From contig JAGXNO010000007.1 of NCBI GenBank assembly GCA_019894975.1, forward strand, positions 1-64,000: 64,000 nt of DNA, written 5' to 3'. The notes under the pieces were generated by a model. The model was not told the DNA's origin and searched no databases. It worked only from the letters and a program-made list of their open reading frames with translations. This document shows positions 39,401 through 48,307 of this stretch, piece by piece. This DNA is from Promethearchaeota archaeon (GTDB lineage Archaea > Asgardarchaeota > Lokiarchaeia > Sigyniarchaeales > SOKP01). Both the position numbers and the translations under genes were made by a program. Numbering within the stretch: position 1 is the first letter of the stretch; each line of letters starts with the position of its first letter.

Positions 39401-41303
39401 TTACACTGATGAAGAAAGCGATTGGTCTATGGAAGAAATTAACCTTACGGATTACATTGGTTATTTTGTTCAATTTAAATTTGAAACTAATTTAGATAAT
39501 ACATTTGACCCCATAAATTATAAAGGATTCATCCTAGATTATTTTTCCATAACGAATTATACCAATCATCACTCACCTTTAATTAAATTCAATTTAGATA
39601 AAAATATACCAATTACACATGAATCTAAATTTCATCAATTTGTAGTTTCATGCGAATATTTTGATTTAGATAATAACTATCCCGAATACATCTATCTTGA
39701 AATGGATACCAAAAATTACACTATGTATAATATTTATGGAGATTGGAACGCTAACTCCTCTCAAGTAGAAGATTATGGTATCTTATTCTTAAGATCCTTA
39801 ATATTTGAAGAAATTGTAAACCAATCTTTCCGTTTTCATATTTCAGATGGTAAATTTATGAACACTACACATTGGTATAATTTAAATAACTCTATTTTTC
39901 AATTTATTGAACCTATTCCGTTAGAATTTAATGTAATGCAAGATCAAAAGTTTATAGGATATGAGTTTTCAAGTAGTAATTTGTCAGATTATTATGTATT
40001 GGGTGTTCCTTTACCAAAAGAATTCAATGCTTGGTTAGGAGGGGATAACTCCTGGCATCCATTTGTACGTTTAGGAGAACACTTTATCTATGGGGGACTA
40101 GGACAAACTTATGGGAGTATTAATCAAGGTTATGGAAATAACTGGAATGCAAAATTAGTTACAAGAGTTCTTAGTTTAAAGAGCGAGTACAACATTTACC
40201 TTGAATTTAATCAGGAAATTTCGTTACAAAATGAATTCTTTCAACCCGATGATCAATTAGATCGATGTATCGTGTCAATTTCAAAAGACTTTGGTTCCTC
40301 TTGGGAGATGCTCAAGGAATACACATACGATACAGAATCCCTTTTTGGAATAGAAAAGATTGACATAACTGCATATTCAGGAGAGGATATAATGATTATG
40401 TTTACTCTAAACTCAAATAATGTAGTAATGGGTATAGGGTATGGTTGGTTAATAAATAACATATATATTGGTTATGATAAGACAACAGATTTTATCTCCC
40501 CTGAAGTAGAAATCATCAATCCTACAAACGAGACTACAGTTAAATCCCTCATTTCAATAAGAGCAAAATTAACTGATGATATTGAAATAGATGAATCGAG
40601 AATATATGTGTTTCTCAATGATAAAAGTATTGACAGATCAAAGCTCATATTTAATAGTACAACGAATATTTTAGAGTTTACTTGGAATACCAACAATGTT
40701 AAAGACGGTAGAGTTGAAATTAGAGTTGTAGTCTATGATAAAGCAGGAAATATTGCTGAAAATACTATTATAGTGAGGGTAACTAATGGAAGATGGTGGA
40801 ACCTGTGGGGACCGTATATAATTTTGGTAAGTTGTGTTATTGTTCTTAGCATTGGGTTATATCTTATCGCTGAAAAAAAAGGGAAATTCTGGGTAGAAAA
40901 AATAAAAGAAGGACGAGTAGAAAAAATTAGATTGGGTGACATAGACAAAGATCAGGCAATTAAAAGAATAGAGCTTCTTGAACCAGATGAAGAATTGAAA
41001 AAGTCTTTAACACTCTATTGTAAATATTGCCGTTCGTGGTTTACTGCAGAAAAATTTGATATAATTTGTCCAAAGTGCAACCATGACCAAATTTACGCTG
41101 CCTATAATTGTTTAAATTGTGGGAGATGGTGGTGGAAAGATGAACCGGGTGAAAATTTTTACTGTAAAAGTAAGGGTTGTAAAGGAATCAGATTAATCAG
41201 GAGAGATAAAAAGGATGTTCAAGAGCTTTTAGCTCAAAAAGGTAAAATTTTAAGAAAATTTGATAGTGAAAAAAAAAAATTTAGTATTCTGAATGGTGAT
41301 TGA
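36471..41303 (+). CDS. membrane-anchored S8 (subtilisin-like) serine protease, multidomain, with cytoplasmic zinc ribbons
   Basis: Signal peptide, propeptide, triad VLDTG / NGHGT / GTS, oxyanion AAGN, KPDIVAPG; C-terminal Ig domain, TM and four Cys pairs; ATGA overlap with upstream gene. Confidence 0.9.
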   Translation: MMPNKRSKALLIVFSLLATFFYSNLLVFQLSQSSSSAPEFDFKNDYISSSSSFQKEIIVYFNKSTYNNSVISKFNYYGGTIQDEWNNLFSSFSGFAGIIPSEQNKTLFHNEFLDAQIENNEILETLMNYASIQSGAINSSWFLNGYKGETNCSIAVLDTGINPTHTFFPNGYDHTDLRGDIVGWENLINPNPISDENGHGTYISSIISGTGNYEYNSTNPISLKINGNYSHTELFEESSPAKNYSLKILSFNASTPDSEILVNSSWNLQSSGIDDLWFELFYENNLVGYSHNLNTDVNYIINYTIPQNEIGIYDLYIKYHKQFQKIPVFSFRTSTRYYPEFFIKDYRYNTGIANGTKIASYKILNQSGMGYSSDLISALAHVIKNRTAYHIISVCLSIGTIGDDVGAINNAINEVIKNGVLVVIAAGNSGIETSDALNKLATNENAIVVGAINDKDQVASFSSMGKIAGNTLKPDIVAPGGSLLSGHRTINSAGEESNEITTGYGTSIAAAIVSGAINLLIEAKWVNWNQWDQMNISESVKYLKAILLMTASETGMLREDDPNTIEDESTYSPTTSFAPFTYGLKDIHEGYGRVNIQAAIDAISKTFEVNTSVNGNLMNSQEDPIGSHVFARKIELIEGYQYLFNLSDVDAEDDFDLYLFSNTSNQYGEPILLESSRKWYGDFDYFYFTPKNNQTNCIITIKAIEGNSQFSLNVSVVENLFEPELRIPEINYFGGVKNTTIMSFQEFFGNEPNKNYSIDSYRFYIEYYDNDTSNIPPQEVYVSIMGISTNYTLTKFNPLDNNFTNGALYISDYISFPRSGLFQYFFITSDGKFITRYPKMGFFNITIEFPTDSVQFPFEHDFDDGLGNWTYTGTGWNVLNQSNNKDNRSRIYQDSWNSLYFGTHHNFPENYTYQPIRITEDPSLNGSLISPLYNLTQINENKTQPFAKFGLRVSINSGDFVNLQINLNWTGWLTLRTYTDEESDWSMEEINLTDYIGYFVQFKFETNLDNTFDPINYKGFILDYFSITNYTNHHSPLIKFNLDKNIPITHESKFHQFVVSCEYFDLDNNYPEYIYLEMDTKNYTMYNIYGDWNANSSQVEDYGILFLRSLIFEEIVNQSFRFHISDGKFMNTTHWYNLNNSIFQFIEPIPLEFNVMQDQKFIGYEFSSSNLSDYYVLGVPLPKEFNAWLGGDNSWHPFVRLGEHFIYGGLGQTYGSINQGYGNNWNAKLVTRVLSLKSEYNIYLEFNQEISLQNEFFQPDDQLDRCIVSISKDFGSSWEMLKEYTYDTESLFGIEKIDITAYSGEDIMIMFTLNSNNVVMGIGYGWLINNIYIGYDKTTDFISPEVEIINPTNETTVKSLISIRAKLTDDIEIDESRIYVFLNDKSIDRSKLIFNSTTNILEFTWNTNNVKDGRVEIRVVVYDKAGNIAENTIIVRVTNGRWWNLWGPYIILVSCVIVLSIGLYLIAEKKGKFWVEKIKEGRVEKIRLGDIDKDQAIKRIELLEPDEELKKSLTLYCKYCRSWFTAEKFDIICPKCNHDQIYAAYNCLNCGRWWWKDEPGENFYCKSKGCKGIRLIRRDKKDVQELLAQKGKILRKFDSEKKKFSILNGD

Positions 41304-41335
41304 AAAAATGATATTGCGGTGAGAAAAGCATAGAA

Positions 41336-44302
41336 TTGAAATTATTCTTTTATAGACTCCAAAGACATATAAATCTACAATTTTTCAAGCATTCTTGGCT
41401 TGATCTAAAACGTGATAAAAATAAAGCAATATTCGGGGTATCAGGAATAGCAATTTCTTTATTTTTATTAACTGTTATAGGAATGCTTAATGATACAGTT
41501 AATTATAATTATTTGTTATATGTAACTTCTACTACGGGGAAAGCAGATATAATGATTACTAAAACCATTCAAACGGATTTAACATTTAATCCCTTTTTTG
41601 AAGAAGATATGATAGAAGATGATCTTAATAATATCGATGGTGTGGAAGAATTTTTTCCACGTATTATGATGTTAGTAAAAACATCTTCAGATTTTACTAC
41701 TTTAAGTGGTTTCCTTCAATTATATGGAATTGATTTTGAAAAAGAAGCAGAAAATGGTAAGATTGGAGATTTAATAATTGTTGATAATTATGGAGAGGAG
41801 ATAGGAGAAAATTACAATGATAAACCAAATATAGGAGAGTGTGTAATCCTGTGGAATGTGGCTGAGATTTTGAATGTAACTAGGGGAGATGATATTTATA
41901 TTGAATATCAGAATGAGCAATTAAGTTTAACTGTTATTGAAATATGCATTCAAGATTTAAAATTCATGCAATTTGAAAATTCGCTCCTTCTAGTTAACTT
42001 AATAGAAGCTCAGTCATTTCTAAACAAACCTGGCCAAATCAATTTTATTGTAGGGACAATTCAAAATCCAAAGAGTATTTATGATGCTAGTAACATAGAT
42101 CGTACAACGCGAAGATTAAGGAGAATTAGTGCTAACATACAAGATAACCTTAATATTAATGAATTTAGCATAACTCTTCCGAAATTAGAAGAACTTGAGG
42201 GAGGAGAATTCTTATTAATGACAGTTACCATAATCTTTTGGTTTATTACCATTCTTTCGATGATTATTACAGCCATTTTAATAAATAGTATCCTTTCAAC
42301 CTCTGTTGAAGAAAGAGTTCGAGAATTCGGGATTGTTCGTGTAGTAGGTGGGAAAAAATTATATACCTTGAAAATGGTACTCTTTGAAGGATTGATGTTA
42401 GGCTTTATAGGATCAGTAATAGGTATGATTCTCGGTGTTTCTTTTATTAGACCAATAGCCCAAAGTCTACTAAAATTATACAATTTTAATTTTAGCTTTT
42501 CTGATATAGATTGGGTAATAAAACCTCAAACCATTTATATAACATTTGCAATTGGAACAGGAGTTTCTTTAATCGTTGCATTATTGCCTGCTCTAAAAAC
42601 AGCAAAAATAAACTTGATTAAATCAATTTCTCCTTTTAGAGCAAAAGAAGAAGGTTGGGAAATTAAAAAAGAAGGTAGTGTCAATGTGAAGAGTTTCCTT
42701 GTAGGGATAGCTATATCTACAATCGGAATGATTGTTTTTATATTAATTCCAAATATATTCGTCACAGGCGATTTTATGTTAACGTCTTCGTTATTTGTAG
42801 GCTTACTGGGAGCAGTATTACTGGGTTTGGTTTTTGCTTCTATAGGAATAGTTCCATTAGTTCAAAAAATCTTTCTAGGTCTTTTTTCTCCATTTATTAA
42901 GAAATATAAAAATATTATCGGTATCTCCCTTAAAAGATATAGAAGGCGTAATACAAGCACTGTTCTTATGTTTGCTATAAGTTTCTCATTTATTTTCTTC
43001 ATTACAAGTGTAACAGAGATGGAATCTGAAAATATGGCATTAAACTTAAAATTTCAATATGGTTCAGATTTAGTTTTATTAAATCAGGAATTATATGATG
43101 AGGAAAGTGCTTTAACTTTAGAAATGATTGATGAGCTCAGAAGTTTACCTGGAATCGATGAGGTTGCAATGTCGCTTCATAATACATTTGATTTTCAAGC
43201 CGCATTATCGGCAATTTTCGATATAAGTGAAGGGCAGGTTGGGTTTAGTGGAGGAGGTGCAGAAGAAATTTTGATGAATCTTTTTGAATTTTATGCTTCT
43301 CAAGAAGAAATGAAAATTAAAACAACTGCTGGAGACATGATGGATTTTGATGTAGTAAACGCGGGATTTATAGGAATCAACGATGATTTTGTTGATATAA
43401 TTGATCCCAACCTACTTATTTGGAAAAGTGATGGAAGTAGTACAGGGTATTCCTTTAACCAACTGTTTTCCCGAAATGATACTTGTATAATAGCGAAATC
43501 AATTGCAAGTGTAGTTGGAATTAGTGAAGTTGGGCAAAAAATACGTATTACATTTTATGATCCTGCGAATCCTGAAAATAGTGGGTTACCATATAATTTA
43601 ACTGTAGTAGGAATCTCTGGGGGAATTCCAGGTTTTTTTAATTTCAGATCCAATGAAAATTCTGCTGAAGGAGGGGGAGTTATGGTTTCATTAGACAACT
43701 ATATGCGTTTAATGAAGGTTGAGAATCCTGGAGAGCCTAATATGATTGTAGACAAAGTTTTTATAAACCTACTTGATAAAACTGAAGAAAGTATTGAAGA
43801 AACAAAAGAAGACATCCGACTAATGTATCAAGATAAAGATATAACAATTGATGACGCAGTTTCTAAAATTAATTTTATGGAAGAAATGACTGAGAGACAA
43901 TCTTTCCTTATGGAGCTTATTTTATCATTCACCATAATGATAAGTATTTTTGGATTAGTAAGTAACATGTATGCAATTATGTTGGAAAGGAAATTTGAGA
44001 TCGGAATACTCCGTTCGATGGGTATGAAAACTCGGAACGTAAGAAATATGTTTTTAGTTGAAAGTTTAATTATTTTACTGAGTTCAGGTATTTTGGGCAC
44101 TGTGATTGGAACATATGTTGGTTATTTACTTGAAACAAACATGGCCTTAATGACAGAAATGCCCGTAATATTCAAAATCCCTATAGATACTTTATTGAGA
44201 GTGTTTATAATATCCATTTCAGTAGGTATTTTGGGAATCTATTTAATTCTTATAAAATTATCAAGGCAATCAATAATGGATATCTTTCGACAAACATTTT
44301 AG
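41336..44302 (+). CDS. FtsX/MacB-like ABC permease, internally duplicated (paralog of 29556..32549)
   Basis: EERVREFGIVRVVGG and ERKFEIGILRSMGM; shared RY.RRN.ST and YGSDLV motifs. Confidence 0.9.
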   Translation: MKLFFYRLQRHINLQFFKHSWLDLKRDKNKAIFGVSGIAISLFLLTVIGMLNDTVNYNYLLYVTSTTGKADIMITKTIQTDLTFNPFFEEDMIEDDLNNIDGVEEFFPRIMMLVKTSSDFTTLSGFLQLYGIDFEKEAENGKIGDLIIVDNYGEEIGENYNDKPNIGECVILWNVAEILNVTRGDDIYIEYQNEQLSLTVIEICIQDLKFMQFENSLLLVNLIEAQSFLNKPGQINFIVGTIQNPKSIYDASNIDRTTRRLRRISANIQDNLNINEFSITLPKLEELEGGEFLLMTVTIIFWFITILSMIITAILINSILSTSVEERVREFGIVRVVGGKKLYTLKMVLFEGLMLGFIGSVIGMILGVSFIRPIAQSLLKLYNFNFSFSDIDWVIKPQTIYITFAIGTGVSLIVALLPALKTAKINLIKSISPFRAKEEGWEIKKEGSVNVKSFLVGIAISTIGMIVFILIPNIFVTGDFMLTSSLFVGLLGAVLLGLVFASIGIVPLVQKIFLGLFSPFIKKYKNIIGISLKRYRRRNTSTVLMFAISFSFIFFITSVTEMESENMALNLKFQYGSDLVLLNQELYDEESALTLEMIDELRSLPGIDEVAMSLHNTFDFQAALSAIFDISEGQVGFSGGGAEEILMNLFEFYASQEEMKIKTTAGDMMDFDVVNAGFIGINDDFVDIIDPNLLIWKSDGSSTGYSFNQLFSRNDTCIIAKSIASVVGISEVGQKIRITFYDPANPENSGLPYNLTVVGISGGIPGFFNFRSNENSAEGGGVMVSLDNYMRLMKVENPGEPNMIVDKVFINLLDKTEESIEETKEDIRLMYQDKDITIDDAVSKINFMEEMTERQSFLMELILSFTIMISIFGLVSNMYAIMLERKFEIGILRSMGMKTRNVRNMFLVESLIILLSSGILGTVIGTYVGYLLETNMALMTEMPVIFKIPIDTLLRVFIISISVGILGIYLILIKLSRQSIMDIFRQTF

Positions 44303-44328
44303 GATTATTTAGTTTTATAAAATTTCTT

Positions 44329-44913
44329 CTATTTCTTTTCTAGGTAATCCAATAATTTAGTAAATGCTTGTCCTCTATGAGAAATTTTATTCTTCTCTTC
44401 AGCGGATAATTCAGCAAATGTTTTATCAGGTAAAATATTAGGGATAAAAATTGGATCAAAACCAAATCCTCCTTTACCTCTGATTGTATTGGATACCCTA
44501 CCTTCAACATTTCCTTCAAAAAATAGAATTTTATCAATAAATTTATGGTAAAATGCAATGATAGCTGAAAAATGAGCTTTAGATAACTCAAAATCATCAA
44601 TCAATTTAAGAATTCCCTCGTTTCCTATAGTTTTTAATACATACGAGGAATAAACTCCAGGAAAACCTTTGAGTGGGGAATCAATAAAAAATCCAGCATC
44701 CTCTATGAAAAAAGAGCCATCTATACTGTTTTTTACACTATTCAATTTAAATAGTGCCACTTCCCTTAAAGAATGTGCTTGAATTTCTGTTGTTTTAATA
44801 TCCCTTTGTTTTAAATCGTATTTCATATTTTTATCCTTAAAAATTTCTGATACTTCTTGGAATTTGAATTTATTCCCAGTAACAAAGTAAACTGTGTTTT
44901 CATCATTGTTCAT
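44329..44913 (-). CDS. rdgB: non-canonical purine NTP pyrophosphatase (RdgB/Ham1)
   Basis: TGN..K, ED.G, GFPGVYS, GFGFDPIF, KN.ISHR. Confidence 0.95.
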   Translation of the reverse strand: MNNDENTVYFVTGNKFKFQEVSEIFKDKNMKYDLKQRDIKTTEIQAHSLREVALFKLNSVKNSIDGSFFIEDAGFFIDSPLKGFPGVYSSYVLKTIGNEGILKLIDDFELSKAHFSAIIAFYHKFIDKILFFEGNVEGRVSNTIRGKGGFGFDPIFIPNILPDKTFAELSAEEKNKISHRGQAFTKLLDYLEKK

Positions 44914-45120
44914 AATTACTATAATTAAGCTGTGTTTTTAGTTATTTTCCAACGCAATTTATTTGGATTAAATTTTAAGGAATAAAAAACTATTTAATTG
45001 TAAGTATTGAATCTAGCACTTTTCCGTAGCTTTAACCAAAACTTTATTTTGTATATTTCTTTATTTAAGGTATAATAATATTTTAAAATTCTGTAAAGTT
45101 ATTGTCCAGTTGAGCGAAAA

Positions 45121-45579
45121 ATGGCGCGGATGCACTCTCGTAAGAAAGGTAAATCAGGTAGTACACGTCCTGCAAGATTAGAGAAACCCGTATGGGTTGA
45201 GTTATCACCTGATGAAGTTGAGAATGAAGTTGTTAAGCTTGCTAGAAAAGGTAATTCAAAATCGATGATAGGAACTATTATGAGAGATTCTCGTGGAGTA
45301 CCTTTAGTCAAAATAGTAGCAGGTAAGAAAATTAGTCAAATTCTTGAAGCAAATGATATTAAAGGCCCACTTCCAGAAGATTTAGCCAATTTGGTTAGAA
45401 AGGCATTAACCATTAGAACGCATCTTGAAGATAATCATAAAGATTTAGAAGGAAAGAAAGGACTTAATCGGACTGAATCTAAAATTTATCGACTGATTAA
45501 ATATTATAAAAAGAAAAAAGTGTTAGCTACTGATTTTAAATATGATCCTGAGAAAATTAGAACGCTAGTCGCAAGATAA
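45121..45579 (+). CDS. rps15: 30S ribosomal protein uS15 (archaeal S15P/S13e)
   Basis: MARMHSRKKGKSGS.RP, PEDL..L, ESKI.RL..YY. Confidence 0.97.
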   Translation: MARMHSRKKGKSGSTRPARLEKPVWVELSPDEVENEVVKLARKGNSKSMIGTIMRDSRGVPLVKIVAGKKISQILEANDIKGPLPEDLANLVRKALTIRTHLEDNHKDLEGKKGLNRTESKIYRLIKYYKKKKVLATDFKYDPEKIRTLVAR

Positions 45580-45593
45580 GGGGAGGATCTAAA

Positions 45594-46403
45594 TTGAGCT
45601 CGAAAGCAAGAAAGAAAAAACCTAAAATAAAAAAAGTTACTTTTAAAGATAAATCATGGTTCCAGATTGTAACTCCAAAAATCTTTAATTTTAAACCAAT
45701 TGGTGAAATTATAGGTCTCGAAGATACTATTATGGGAAGGACCATTGAAACTCTTCTTTTTGACTTCACTCATAAATATTCTGATATTAGTTTGAAGCTA
45801 AAGTTTCGTGTGAATGAAGTCAATAATGGAGCAAAAAAGTGTAGTACTATTTTTATTGGGCATCAGTATACTACCGATTTCATACGTTCATTAATTGGAA
45901 GAGGTAGTTCAAAGATACAGATTATATTAAATTTAACTACTAAAGATGGCTTCACTTTTCGATTAACTACCATCTGTACAACTTTAAAGAGAGCTAGAAA
46001 TTCTCAGATTGTGTTAATAAGAAAAATTATGCGTGAGATTCTTCAAGAATTTGCCAAATCTCTCAATCATGAGAAATTTATTGCAGGAATTATTTATGGA
46101 GAATTTCAAAACCAAATTCAGCGAGTAGCTAAAACTATATATCCATTAACAAATTGTACCGTTGTCAAAAGTAAGCTTGTAAACATACCTGAAGGTGGGG
46201 AAGACCAAGAAATCCCTGATGATCAATTCGAGATTGTTGAAGTAGAAGTAAAGAGATCTCGAAAATCAGAGATAAGGAGGTCTGAGCGAATAAATGTCAA
46301 AAATTTAAACCAAACCAAAACTAGACGAACCCCTTCAGAACCAAAGCAAGTAGTAAAAGCAACAGAACAGGATGATGATAAACCAGAAGAAGATTCGTCC
46401 TAA
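45594..46403 (+). CDS. rps3ae: 30S ribosomal protein eS1 (S3Ae)
   Basis: K.W....P..F, GR..E..L.D, IRK.M, IYPL; TTG start after GGGAGG; acidic C-terminal extension. Confidence 0.93.
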   Translation: MSSKARKKKPKIKKVTFKDKSWFQIVTPKIFNFKPIGEIIGLEDTIMGRTIETLLFDFTHKYSDISLKLKFRVNEVNNGAKKCSTIFIGHQYTTDFIRSLIGRGSSKIQIILNLTTKDGFTFRLTTICTTLKRARNSQIVLIRKIMREILQEFAKSLNHEKFIAGIIYGEFQNQIQRVAKTIYPLTNCTVVKSKLVNIPEGGEDQEIPDDQFEIVEVEVKRSRKSEIRRSERINVKNLNQTKTRRTPSEPKQVVKATEQDDDKPEEDSS

Positions 46404-46552
46404 TTCTATATTACTTATATTTTAAACTCCTGTTTAATATTGATTAAAAAATTTTTTAGAGTAAACAAATTTAACCTTTAGATCATAATAAAATATTAAT
46501 TCTAACTATTATTTTTATACTTCTTTAAAATAAGAGGAAATGTGTAAAAACT

Positions 46553-48298
46553 ATGTCAAATCAAGAGGGAAATCGAGATAATCAATATAATTTTGATGAC
46601 TATTTGTTTGTAAGAGATAATTTCAATTATTATACGGACGATGAATTCTTACAAGCATTAGTACAAAAATATACTGGAATTGAGTTTGAAAAAATAGATA
46701 GAGACCTTAGAGCTCTTTCTGACTATGTTTCTTTTAGATTTAAAAATCTAGCTGATAAAGCTAATGAGCTAGAAAATAGAATAAAAGTCACTAAACTCAA
46801 ACACTTCGACGCTCATAATCATAGAATAGATAGAATCGAACGTTGTACGGAGACTGAGATTTTAGAACAAGAAGTGTTTAGCCTTGGTCTTTACGACCCT
46901 GCAAGGAATACTCCTTGGAGTAGATTTACGAAAATGTTTTTACTTTATGAAAATGGAGAATCAGGTGTTATGTGCCCTGTGGCGTGTTCACATGGAGCTG
47001 TTGAACTTCTGCAGAAGTATGAGAATGAATTGGATCCAGAAGCATTAGAGATTCTCAACTATATCAGAGATGGAAAAAAAGGAGAATATGCTAAAGGTGC
47101 TCAATTCGTAAGTGAGATTCAAGGCGGAAGTGATGTCCCTGCCAATCTTGTAGAAGCAATTTTCCAAAAAGAAGAGGGTCCTGATGGAATTTCAAACTGT
47201 TGGAGATTATATGGCCAGAAATTTTTCTGCTCCGCAACTCACGCGGATTATGCGGTTGTTACTGCAAAACCTAAAGGAGTAGAATCATCCACTAAAGTTG
47301 CTGCATTTGTAGTTCCTTCATGGCTTCCGGGAAATAAAGAAAAAGAAACTAGAAATTCTTTCACTATTGATAGGTTGAAACAAAAATTGGGAACTGCAGA
47401 ATTACCAACAGCCGAAATCACATATAATGGTGCTGTTGCATTTCCCGTAGGTCCACTCGAAAAAGGGCTTGCGGATATCGTTGGAACTGTTCTTTCACTT
47501 TCTAGACTTCATGTAGCTTTTGGAATGGCTTCTGGTGCTTTACGTGTTGCACGAGAAGCATTATTATATTCACAATTTAGAACTGCTTTTGGTATTCCAA
47601 TTTCTTCCTTCCCATTAATGATAAATCAAATAAATGAATTGGATCATTATTCTAAAAGAAGTGCAGCAGGAGCATTTAAAGTATATTCAGAATACATTAA
47701 TTTTGGGGAAGACTTAATTAGTGGCATAAGGCAACTGGAAAAAATAGATGATATTGAAGAACGTAAACGTCGTTTCAGATTAATGGAATTAATTATGTTA
47801 CAAAAAATCGTTGTTGCTGATGAAGCCCCAGCGATGATACGTAAAGCAATCTCATTTTTTGGGGGTCATGGAATTATGGAAGATTTCTTATCTCTTCCGC
47901 GTTTACACCGTGATTCTATGATAATGGAATTATGGGAGGGTCCAAGAAACGTTCTTCTCACTCAAATCCATCGAGATCTTGGAAGAGTTAAAGACTGGTA
48001 TCCTTTAGAAACCTTTTGTAGAGATTTACTGAAGGGAGCTGACTCAGATCAACTTGAAGAATACGTATCTGAATTCATTAGAATAATGTCTCATGATAGT
48101 CTTCTAAGAAATGATCCAGAAACCTTGGCAATTTGCCATGATTGGGAGTTATTTTCTACTAAATTATTTATTGCGTATCAAGAGCAAGCTCTAAGTGAAC
48201 TGAACTATGAGGGAAAAGAACTAAAGTTCTCAAAATTATTACGTGAACTGAAGAAACGTAAAAAATCAGTCAAACAGATGCAACCAGTAATACAATAG
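46553..48298 (+). CDS. acyl-CoA dehydrogenase (AidB-like)
   Basis: E.QGGSD, G.KFFCS, RLK.KLGT..LPT.E, GG.G..E, WEG..N. Confidence 0.9.
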   Translation: MSNQEGNRDNQYNFDDYLFVRDNFNYYTDDEFLQALVQKYTGIEFEKIDRDLRALSDYVSFRFKNLADKANELENRIKVTKLKHFDAHNHRIDRIERCTETEILEQEVFSLGLYDPARNTPWSRFTKMFLLYENGESGVMCPVACSHGAVELLQKYENELDPEALEILNYIRDGKKGEYAKGAQFVSEIQGGSDVPANLVEAIFQKEEGPDGISNCWRLYGQKFFCSATHADYAVVTAKPKGVESSTKVAAFVVPSWLPGNKEKETRNSFTIDRLKQKLGTAELPTAEITYNGAVAFPVGPLEKGLADIVGTVLSLSRLHVAFGMASGALRVAREALLYSQFRTAFGIPISSFPLMINQINELDHYSKRSAAGAFKVYSEYINFGEDLISGIRQLEKIDDIEERKRRFRLMELIMLQKIVVADEAPAMIRKAISFFGGHGIMEDFLSLPRLHRDSMIMELWEGPRNVLLTQIHRDLGRVKDWYPLETFCRDLLKGADSDQLEEYVSEFIRIMSHDSLLRNDPETLAICHDWELFSTKLFIAYQEQALSELNYEGKELKFSKLLRELKKRKKSVKQMQPVIQ

Positions 48299-48307
48299 TA
48301 TGGATAG

